Positions 21,074 to 33,000 of a stretch of 64,000 bases of DNA are shown here, piece by piece. Made by a program: the position numbers and the translations under genes. The DNA lies in assembly GCF_902459465.1 (NCBI RefSeq), contig NC_047079.1, positions 2,108,001 to 2,172,000 of the forward strand. The letters are read 5' to 3'. This stretch comes from Asterias rubens. Taxonomy: Eukaryota. The notes under the pieces are model-generated. The model was not told the origin of the DNA. It saw nothing but the letters and a program-made list of their open reading frames with translations, and did not search any database. Within the stretch, counting starts at the first letter, position 1; every line of letters starts with the position of its first letter.

Positions 21074-24000
21074 CTTAAAAGATAAAATGGTGATGTTGAG
21101 ATTAGAGGAAAGGACACATGAAAAAAAAAAGCATTGAAAGGACAATTCCACACAGTGATTCAAATAGAACCCTTCCCGAGAAATATGCTAATTACATTCA
21201 CGCATGCGTACAGGCCCTATTGGTTGGCAAACGCCATAGAGTTGTGCACTAAGCAGACGCGCAATCGCAATTAGCCGTGTACAAAACAGCGCAATATTTC
21301 CTCATTTTGCCAACCAAGATGTTAGTGTGCACGCGCTGTGTGTGCAATTTACATATTTCATGGGAAGGATCTATTAACTTTGACCACAGTAAAAATAACA
21401 ATTATACGCAATTCTTTTAAAGCGTCTCAAAGAAAAACGATGGGTGTGCATCTTAAAAGAGTTATTGTGAGCGTTTGAAAGCATTACAATGAGCCTCTTA
21501 AAACAACACGTGGGTTATCTTACAGCATTATCATGAACGCTATAAAGCGTTATAATGCACGTCTTAAAGCAATACGATCAGCACCTTTATGATGCATGTC
21601 TGAAAGCAAAACAATGGACATCTTAAAGCGCTACGATATGCATCTTAAAGCATTACAATGAGCATCTTTAAGCATTTCAACATCCTCAAAAAGTGTTTAC
21701 AAATATTCTTCAAATATTTCACCTTGTATTTTAGCAACACAAACTTGTTATGCAAAAAAAAACTCACAGAGCAATCCTACAGAAATTATTGTGAGCCTTA
21801 TACTGAAAGCGCCATACTAACAAATTGCCTAAACTCACAACATATCCCAAAGATGAAGTTGTGGCTTTGAAAAGAGCTATACATTTCAAGACCACTTGAC
21901 CATTTAAAAGCACACAAACTTACTTTTCCTTTTGATTCAGTGAGTGCTCTTTAATTTTAGTTGAGCGAGAGAGAGCATCAAAAAGTACAAAATTCATTAA
22001 AAAAGTTACCTTTAAATCCTTCTTCTGGAACATTTGAGGCTAAAAAGAAAAGAAGAGAGCAGGAATCTGGTTAAGAAAATCTCATCTTAAAGAAGGTAAG
22101 ATTTAACCGTAAAAAATATTTAAAATAAACTGTACTTTCATTTATAGCAAGTGCACTAACGAGATTAGCAATTCTTTTTTTGTGACATGCAGTATTACTT
22201 TCAGTCAAAAGCAAACTTTTTTTCTAGCCATTACAGGGATGTGATAAAAAAAATGAACTCTTGAGCGCAAACGCGAAAGCATAAAACCTAGAAAACCTGC
22301 GGGCATGAAGCCCAATTATTAACATTTATCTTCAGTTTTAAAAGCTCTACTCTGGGGGCGTTATGAGACAGTTATATGTCCATTTCTTTTAGAATTTTAC
22401 CTGGTCAAAGGCAACTCAGTTTGGACACTCATATAACCACATGTTCTCATTACATAGCAATCAATATGGGAAAGCTCCGGTTAAGAAAGAGGCTAGTATA
22501 AAACATCCTTTTCATCTGGCAACTCACACCTGTTATCTTCATGTAATTCCTTTCCAAAACAGTGGACTTTATTGGATCATGCACAAACCAATAGGGCTGC
22601 TGACCGGCCCAAGCAAACTGCTCATGCTTTTTCGTTTAATGACCCAAGGAATTCAATGTAAACACACCCACTCAGTGAAAAGGAACTATTCTTTCCAAGT
22701 TTTTTTGTCTTGACTTGGATATCTTTTACAGAGCCTGTAATGTGAATATTTTCATCAACCCGATCTTACCTCTATATATTTCATCCATTACCAATGGGTC
22801 CTCGGTCAATGGCATGTCCACTTTAAGCGTTATAACACATTCTGGTTCGACTCCCAGATTGGACAGAGTGGCTTCATTATCAGCCAGTTGCAGACCGCGA
22901 AGAACAAGAGTCTGATCAAATGGTGCCACAGAGAAGGCATGCATGACCTACAAGAAAAGAAAATAGTAACAGAGATTCCTTTCATAAGACTTACTGAAGG
23001 AACACGTTGCCTTGGATGGGACGAGTTTGTCTTTGAAAAGGGTTTGAAACCGTTTGTTAGAAAGATGTTTTTAAAGTAGAATATAATGATTCAGACAAAC
23101 ATGCTTTGAAATTGCATGGTTTTCGTTTTACGTCGCGAACTAACAAGGTCGGCCATTTTGTGGAGTCAAAATGTTGACTTGACAAAATGGCCGACCGTGT
23201 TTCTTCGCGATATTAAAGGAAAACTGTGCAATTTTGAGAAATGTTTGTGTGGATCAATATATTCTACTTTTCAGTTATCTATCTAACCATTTGCATTTCA
23301 TCCCAAACGGTCTCAAATGCTTTTCAAAGACCAACTCGACCGACCCAAGGCAAAGTGTTCCTTTAACTAGACAAAAGCCAAATCATGCGGTTGTGGTCCA
23401 AAGAATAGCGCTTAGTTTGGCGTGTCATTGCCGAGTGGATAAGAGCACCGTACTCAGGCTCTGGTGTTTCTGATCATCAGAGTGTTTGAGTCCCTGTTGT
23501 GACACTTGTGTCCTTAAGCAAGACACTACCGTTATTGCTGCATCCTTTGCATGGGACGTAAAGCCGTTGGTCCTGTATGTTGTGTAATGCACTTAAAAGA
23601 ACACAGTGCACTCATCGAAAAGAGAAGGGGTTCGCCCAGGTGTTTCCGGTTTGATTGGCTGCATATTGTCTACTGAACCTTGTAGAACATTACATTGCGC
23701 TGTTAAAAGGAATGAGCTTCATACTTCAAAAAGGTAGCTCCAGATACCTTGCAGGAAAAATCGTGAATGCTGAAGCGCCATAAGCGTCACTGCATGAGCG
23801 CTTTAGTATGAAGCCACTCATTATTATACAATTGCTTCTCTTCTCTCAGGGGTGAGTGAGTGCCTGTGAGGGCAGAGGTGGTTCTTGTAACTGTTTTATC
23901 TTGGAGTGCTACATACTTAGCAGCACATGTCACTGCCCCACCCTTGCCCATCCAAATGGAAATATCTCATTAAAGCCATTGGACCCTTTCGGTAAACAGT

Positions 24001-27000
24001 GTTGTCCGAGGCCAAATAACAAACCTGTGAAAATTTAGGCTCAATCGGTCATCGGAGTCGGGAGAAAACAACATAAAAAACCCACCCTTGTTTCCGCGCG
24101 TTTCGCCATGTCATGACATGTGTTTAAAATAAATCCGTAATTCTCGTTAACAAGAATTTATATTGTTTTGCTGTTTTCTCAAAAAGTAAAGCACTTCATG
24201 GAATAATATTTCAAGAGAAGTCTTTCACCATTGCCTTCTGTAAACCCTGAAAGTTATTTGTAAATCTGTGAACTTTTTTTTCTTCTTTTTGAACCGAAAG
24301 GGTCCAATGGCTTTATGTCACACACCCTGACGGGTGATCTGAATAAGAACTGCAGGGCAAGTAAAAACACAAAGGCTATAAAGGCCACAGTCTCTCTTGC
24401 CTGGTCTTGGGCTGGTCCTGGTCTTATCCCTTCAAAACTTTCCAACACACTAGCAACAATTCCAATAGACTTCCACTTTATGAAACAAAATGTCCCTGCC
24501 CCTTCGAAGATGAAATCCCCGTCCTGAAACCGACCTTAATCTTCAGTTCCTTCAGAGTATTTGTCGAGGACACGATAACTTCTTTCTCCCCTCGTACTTT
24601 CCGATGTCTTGAACTCCGTCTGACACTCTCACAGTCGCTGCTGGTTTTTAATCTCTTAGCTCCATTGACCTGCAAATAATTTCATAAAATCTCTGAAGAA
24701 AAAAAACCTACTTTCAGACAGTAATTTAGCTAAAGAAATGCTAAGTTTTAGGTTTGGGAAGAATAAAGTTAACAAAGAAACATCCATGCAACCCTGTAGG
24801 GACTGAATACGCAATGTTTGAATACTGGAATGTTTTATTTTGTTTTATTTTTGTTATGAGAGATCGGCTTACATCACAAAGCCACAAGTGAGGGCTACAC
24901 TGAACAGGTCAGCTGTCGACCAAAATCAACTGCCACATGGGAAACGTTTCCAACTGCACCTAGGACTGAAACAAGGTTAGCCCCTTCACAGTCCGTAACG
25001 ATGTAGGCATGGGTATCATCCAGGAGCCAGGCTGGTAGGGCAGAATGCACTTACCTTCCAAACTTTTTACAAAGCATTTGTGGTTAAGTGCGTTGCTCAA
25101 GGGCACAAGTGTCATGACCACGTATCGAACCCACACTCTGCTGCTGACAACACCAGAGCTTGGGTCGGTGAACTAACCCACTCGACTACACAGGCCACAT
25201 TAGCACAATTAGGGGCGGCATTCCAACGCGAGTTCTAAGAGGTGAACAATTCTGAAGAGAAGGGATCAAGCCCACCCTGCCCCCTGACCCCACCCACGCT
25301 ACAAAAACAGAGTAACGCCACTGCTTGTTGGATAGAACGCACCTTCTTTAAAACAACTCTGAGTTTTTGGCAAAGACACAGAAATATATGCTGCATCTGG
25401 CAGGTTTCTCAACCAATACCATCCCTTCCTCGAAACCTCTCACTGACCTGGAAGAAGTCTGGATCAGTGTCTTTGCTCAGGCCCTCGCTTGCCCCCTTTT
25501 GGTCATCTTCAACTAGAGCCGGCCCAGCCGATGTCAACTCCATGGCTATCTTACGGATGTAGATACGTGCACCGCTGTACTCCTTGCGTTCAAGGTTAGC
25601 CTGGGAATGCCTCGCCGCTATGCATTCAACACATGACTCTGTATGTAAACATGGATAACAAAGGCTTACTTGAGGGCACCGTTGTGAGATTATGATCTTT
25701 ACAGTAACAAAGTTTTGAACACTTACCTGGTTCACTTACAAGCGTCTGCATTATTCCATTTTCTAACGATTCTACTTTCTGGTGTATCCGTATTGTAAAA
25801 TCCACCTGGAAGTTCTTTGAGATAAAAACCCATTCATGTGGCCATACTAGGGTGTACCTACAGACAAAAGAATCAATATTTTTAAAATATTCATCTTGCC
25901 TAAATTAAATGCAAGTAATTCAAATGAACTATTATTTATTTAACCCTCCTACTTTGAATAATAGATAAACCATGCCAGCCTGCGATAAGATATCGTGGTG
26001 AACGAATCTACACAGTACACAGTCAACCCTCCTACTGACTGACAATGGTAGATAAGCCTGCCAGCCTGCAATATGATATCATGTAGATATACACATTGTA
26101 TTACCACGAACCAAATATAAAGTGGGGGATCACACAGAAATCAATTTGTAAAATGTCATGTAAATATGATCTGCCAGCTCCAGCTCTGTTCATGTTTGTA
26201 CTGGTGACTAAACCCAGCTGTGTGTAGTAACCTGTATATAAAGTGAGCTTTCTTTTCAAAAGGAAAATACTATGAGGGTGCCGTGGCCGAGCAGATAAGA
26301 GCACCGAACTCAAGCTGGTGTTTCTTTTCAACTGAGTATGGGTTCGAGTCCCAGTCGTGACAATCGTGTCCCTGAGCAAGAAACGTAACTGTCATTGCTT
26401 CTCTCCACCCATGAGGTAAATGAGTACCTGCAAGGGTAGAGATGGTTCTTGTGATTGATTTAGCTTAGTAGCGCATATTTGTTGCACAGGCTGTATAGGC
26501 TACTCCACAGGGAGCTAAAATTGTTTAAGGAATGAATTAAATGGCACAGTGACCAGGGGTAAAAATGTTGGAAATGCTTCGGGTGTGAAAAGTGCTATAT
26601 GAAAGATGGTTAGAGGTACCTGGAGGGCCCACAAGGTTCAACCCCAGGGTAGAAAGCTACATCCTCCCTAATAATAATCCAAACTTACATATTCTGAGCC
26701 AGCTCATCCATGTAACCAGTCTCAAAGATAAACTTATCATGATGGCATAGGAGCATGGAGTTATTGACGGCATTTTGTGGACTGACTTTCAATGGCTGAC
26801 GGACAAATTCCCTCCACTGTTCAACGAACGGCCGGCTTATGGCATACACTTCCATCATGTCCTGAAGTATAGAAACAAAGTGGTTAAAAATGTTGTCCGT
26901 GGTGCCCTGTGCTTTTGCAGTGGTGCCCTGCTCAAGGTTTCTGTACAAATCTACATTTTCTTCATAGATGTTACCCCTGTACCAGAGGGAAATTGCTGTG

Positions 27001-30000
27001 CTCCTTCAAGAGGCAAGCTCTAGGCCTGTGGGGAGACTTGAAGGTGATACTACCAAGTAAATATACCCTCTCTAAGAAAGGCACTGGACACTAGCGGTAA
27101 TAACTCAAAATAAACCGTACCATTAAAACGTACTGAGTAATATACAATGGAGAGCTGTTGATAGTATAAAACATTGTAAGAAACGGCTCACTCTGAAGTA
27201 ACGTAGTATTTGAGAAAAAGGTAATTTCTCACTCAAATATTAAACCACTTCAGGCCTTAAGCCTTTCATTAGGCGTCTGAAAGCACACAACTTTGTGCAG
27301 CAAGGGTGTTTTTTCTTTCATTATTCTCTTGCCACTTTGATGACCAATCCAGTCCAAGTTTGTACAGGTTTTTTACCTGATGCATGGGATACACCAAGTG
27401 AGAATACTGGTCTTTGACAATTATCAAGCGTGTACCGTGCCTATAAGCTTAATGGCAACATGGATCAGTGAAAACAAACGATAGTTTCATAGGCCGACCT
27501 TCTTATCCCAGGACGGTCTGTGTCTATCGTTGAAGAGTTGAGGCAGAGCCGTTTTCTGATCAGTGGCCATCAGGATCCGTAGATTGTTCTCTTGCTGCTC
27601 TTCCTCTTCTTGTGCCTGGAGAAATCAAATCAAATCAAATCGAATCGAATCAAATCAATTCAAGTATTTGGCTTCTAACTGCCACCCCCGAACAAAGATG
27701 TTGACTAATAAGGGAGACCGCCAACATAGGGCTGCATAGCACAGTTGTTAGAGTGCCTGTTTGTTAATTCGGAGGTTGTGGGTTCAAGTCCAGCCCCAAT
27801 AAACTTGTCTTTGTTAGAACCAGAACTACCTGAAACTTAACCAGTCAGTTTCCCTTGAAGGTTTAAAGGCAGTGGACACTATTGGTAATTACTGAAAATA
27901 ACGGTTAGCATAAAAACTTACTTGGTAACAAGCAACTGGAGAGCTGTTGATAGTAAAACATTGTGAGAAACGGCTCCCTATAAAGTAACGTAGTTTTCTA
28001 GTAAGAAATCATTTTCTACGAATTTGATTTAGAGACCTCAGAAGCACACAACTTCGTGTGACAATGGTGTTTATTGTTCCATTATTATCTTGCAACTTCA
28101 AAAACCAATTGAGTTCAAATTATCACAGGTTTGTTATTTTATGCATACGTTGAGATACACCAGGTGAGAAGACTGGTCTTGAACAATTACCAATAGTGTC
28201 CAGTGTCTTTTGAAGTAAATCTGTGGGCGTCTTGTTGTTGATGTCGAACCAGAAGAACCCGAACCCTTTAAACAGTAAACGTTCTGGTAAAAATGTTGTA
28301 GTTCTTACCCGACAAATCTGGCACATCTGTTGATCCTGGTCGAATTCTGGAGCATCAGGGAAATACCTACGAAGTCTCTGCCAGACTTCGGTAGAAACTA
28401 GCTTCCTTAACGTCTCATTGGTGCTCAAGTTATCTGAGAAGTGTAGAAACGTGACACAGTAACTATCCTGTTGGTAAGTCAGTACACTACCTAAGAGCGT
28501 ATGTACTGCGCAACCACAATTTCTGCTAACTTCCGGCTCCAAGGGAGGCATGCGTTTGTGTTTAACTTAAACCTAAACCCATTTTGGTTAGAGGGGTGTT
28601 CTACAAGTGCGACTTGCCTCGACTGCCATTAGTATTTATTTTCCTTGTCGCCAAAAAATACACGGTTCATGGGCCTCGTCTTGGCTCAAGGTGTTGGCTT
28701 TTAAAAATACAATTTTTAGTAAACACCCAATCATGGGACATTGCGCTTTAAAATAAAAAAAAAAAGAACAACAATGGCTTTAATTAAAGACTAACAAGGA
28801 GCATTTTAACGGGTCTAGATCCCCGACTCATATGTCAAAATCAAATCGCAATTAAGGTGCTTCCCAATGCCAGGCCTGCAATAAAAACGGGAATTGGGAA
28901 AATAAAAAATGCAAATAAAAAATGCAGATAAGTCTCACACCTGGTAGGGGCACTCCCTAACATAAGCTGTGCTTACCAATTCCTTAAATTCTTGCGTCAC
29001 TTTGTTTTCATTGTATTCATATTCACATTATATTCGTATTCACATTGTATTCAAAACTTGTTCAACCGTTTAGTGTTTTAACTTTTTAATTTATGTGGAC
29101 GTTATGTCACAAAATGTAAAATGTCCCATATGACGTCTCGCCGGGAAGTATCTTGCCTGCCAAGAAATGCCCCGGAATATACGAGGTCACTTTATTTGTT
29201 ATACAAGGTCACTTTATTTTGGTAACAAAGGTAACAAGGTCTCTGTACTTTGTCAAAAATAAAAGTACAATCAGAATTCAGAACTTACTATGAGGGCAGA
29301 GAAGTTCCCCATTGAAAATTTCTTCAATTACCGACTCATCAGCTGGACCTTCTTTGTCATCTAAAAAATAATAACAATTAAAGTGTAAGTTACAGCAAAA
29401 ACATTCAGAAAAAGGTTCTTCTAATCCTTTAAAGACCATTCGTCGTCACAAAACGCCCATAGACTGTAATTATGTTAATTTCTCAGATCAATTTTTTGTC
29501 AGTAAAAATGTCAACAGAAATGACTTCAAACAGAAAATTTAGTTTGGTGCTAAGAAACTTGGATAGTACGTGTATGTTAACATACTACATTGGAAAAATT
29601 CAAAATAGGACATGACCTTTACTTTGACCTCTTTAGGTAAATGGAAAAAGGTCAAACCTTGCGGCTGGTTGCAGCCACTATGGGCATTTTAGTACAGGCC
29701 AATGTAGCGGCAACGATCTCTAAAGGGTTAAGCAATGCAGTCACAGTTACTGCCGAAGATGCCACTTCAGACACAGGCCAATAACCGAGGTGCCATAATG
29801 ATGCTGTTTGGCCCTGACATAGAGACCACCGATTTGTGGAAGTGTCGTGGCTGTGCGGTTAAGAGCACCGAATTTAAACTCTGGTGTTTCTGATCAGCAG
29901 AGTGTGGGTTCGAATCCCCGGCCGTGACACTTGTGTCCTTTGGCAAGACACTTACCCATTGCTTCGTCCTTCGGATGGGACGTAAAGCCGTTGGTCCCAT

Positions 30001-33000
30001 GTGTTGTGTAAACGCATGTAAAAGAACCCAGTGAGAAGGGGTTCGCGGTGTTCCTGGCAGGATTGGCAGCATATTGCCCCACAGCACCTTGTAAACCATT
30101 ATATGGTGCTAAGAATTAGGTCTCATGATTCAAACTTCGTCCCACTCACCTTGCAGTAAATACCTGGCGCTTTGTATCCTTTGGAAAAGGGCGCCTTATA
30201 AATACGGTTTTATTTGTTTAACTGTGAGGGACACAGTGCTATTGCAGAGTTGCCAAAGTTTCCATCTACGTGTACATGTAAATTGTAGCAATCAGGGAGA
30301 TTTTGCACATTAATCAGGGAGATATTTAGAATGGGAGATTTTTGGGATGCTTGGTGGCAGTAGACTTGGTAAATCCATTGTTCTCGGTAATGTGTGCAAG
30401 CTCAGAACTTTGTAAACAGGTAAACAATGAAGTTTTATCTGGTAAGTCTGCTGCCACCTAGTGTTCCAAAGTCTTCCATTACCTCCAACACAAAGGGTCC
30501 TAGCCTGAACATCTGACGTCACACTTCGAGGCTCGTGAATAACGCCAGAGACCGGCATCAAAACAGCCATATAGTTTGACCTCTGACCTCGGTCATTTCA
30601 CATAGAGATACGCTGTCAACTTCTATAGCGGACGTGACAGCAGTGACTATTTGGGCATCTGTGTCACTAGATGTTTATCAAACGATGATTGTATCCAATT
30701 TGCGGATAAAGACAGGGGCCCAGTCTACAAAGGCCCCAGCTGGCAGACTGCAGGCATCTTACCTGGCTTGGTAGGGTCATCTTGTCTTGACTCATTTTGT
30801 TCTTCTCTGTGCAAGACTTTCTTCCTCCAATTCCTCAATGAGGACTTACCGAGCCAGAAACCAGGAGACCTGTGGAAATAGAAGTATATTAATAATTTGG
30901 TTTCCCCCTTAACATCAGTTAAATTGTACCGGCTGCAAGTCACAGAAATTGAACTTGTACAAATATATAAATTCAATATAAATTTAACTCTGCATTACAA
31001 GAAAGTACCATTAAATGGAAAGCCCAGATTAAAAACATCCTTTTCCGATGGCAATACAAAATGTCATGACCAGGCTTTGAATCTACATTCTCCTGATCAT
31101 AAACGTCAGATCTTTTAAACGCTCAGCCACTACACGCACAAGGCAAAACTTAAAGACAACAATGATACTGGACAAGCACTCGGACAGGCTGTTACGAGCT
31201 TGTCAATAGCGCCGTCTGGAGGGACCCTATAGAGCTCGCTCATGCGTAGCCCTTGAACTTCCACTTTTCTTCTGTTTGCGTCCAAGCTTATGTTCTTCAT
31301 TTCACTGGTGGTCTGCACCAAGATTAAATCATTCTGTGGGCCGTGTCAAATTCACTGGTAGTCTGCACCACCCAGGTTGATTTTTTATTGTAGACCACAT
31401 ATAGTATGACGGTAATGTCACATGTGGCAATTTACAGGCAACCAGGGGTTAAAAATGTATGGGTATTCCTAAGTTTAGGATCAGTAACTCGTCCTATTTC
31501 GAGACAAGACTAGTCTGAACTATTTGTGAAATCCACCCCAGTTCCAGGCAATCCCCAAGGAGAGAATCCATTCACATTTGAAAGTTCAGATATTATTCTT
31601 GGGGGTTGTAAGACGTTGTTTCAAAAATGACTCGTGTGCTACCAAAGTGTTTTTTTTTTTATTTGCCTATTTGTATCTTGTATCTTTCTCTAATTGTTTA
31701 TTTTATTGTTTCTTTAATGCGCTTAGAGGCTTTTGCATTAGGCGCTTTACAAATGTCTTATTATTATTATTATATAGCATGCACTGCACTTGAGTTTTTT
31801 GGGGGTGTTTTTTTTTTTCAAGTTCGCCCCAAACAAGGCTGAAAGCCACTCTTGGTATGGGGCTACAAGATGAAAAATTGTTTAATGTGCAAAGAACTCA
31901 GGGGAGATAAAGGTAGAAGTTAATATTCCTCTTAAAACAGTTGTAGGATAGAGGGAAACAGGCACCAGTTGTCTGTAAAACTTGTGACAAGGTTGTAACA
32001 CTCACCCTGGGTCTAGTTTACTCTTGGTTGCACCGGCAACAAATTTACTATCTTCATTGAGGTTCGTCTTCAGCCTCATCAGATGGCATTGTTCACGAAC
32101 ACATTTCAGGCAAAGGTTGTTGGCTGTTAGGCTGGGGCCGCCTCCATATTTGGACAAGAGGACCGCCGCCTGTAACGATAATAACAAATAATACATGTAA
32201 ACCACAAAAGGGAAACTGGTTGAATGCTTTAGGGTTGAACAAAGAACACTTGACTAGAGCGGGATTTGAACCATTGATCTCCGGATTAACGACCGGCACT
32301 CTACCAACTGAGCTATCTAGCCCCCTCTGTAGGTGGTTTCCCTATTATGTAAATATCTTTGTTCGGGATGCCAGTCAGAAGCCATACAACCATTAACTGC
32401 CATGTTGCGAAAGATCACACCCAAGTTTCCGATACAACCTGGCATGACTGATCTAGTAGTCAATTTCACTAGTCGCCCAGGCCTATACTAATAATGCCAA
32501 TATCAAATTGGTAGATTAATTGCAGCTTAAACTTTGAAAGCTTCTGGAATAATCTACTAAGTTTACTCACAGCTTCCTGTGTAACTCGCTTGACGTCTTG
32601 AATCTTATCTGGATCCAGGTTACCATGACAACAGCGTAGGTCACTATTATCAATCGGTTTGCAAGGGGTTGAGTTGTTAGTGTTAAGCCAGTGCTTCAAC
32701 CAGTCAGAACGCAACCATTCATAGGTTTCTCCTGAAATAAGATTGAATATAATATCAAACTCTTATTATAATAGCGCACGTGTCTACCAACAAGGTACTC
32801 AAGGTGCTTAGTATATTCTTATAATTTTTTTTCAGAAAAATAGGTTGTTGAAGTTTTGAATTCTGAGACCCAATGTAGCACCTTATACTGGTTTTCAAGG
32901 CGCTACGGCGCATTCAGCAGTCACTGCCAGGAACACCAGGGCGAACCCCTTCTCTTAGCGATAAATGTTACTGGGATCTGTTACGTGCGTTACACAACGC

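Noticed and set aside
20776-21153. 125-aa minus-strand ORF (GVAYKGSGL...)
   Set aside because: An off-frame reading of the stop-codon minisatellite and the USP48 3' UTR.
21420-21720. Degenerate ~23-bp repeat (GCATCTTAAAGCATTACAATGA) in the last USP48 intron
   Set aside because: Low-complexity internal repeat, probably from a decayed DNA element; nothing specific could be supported.
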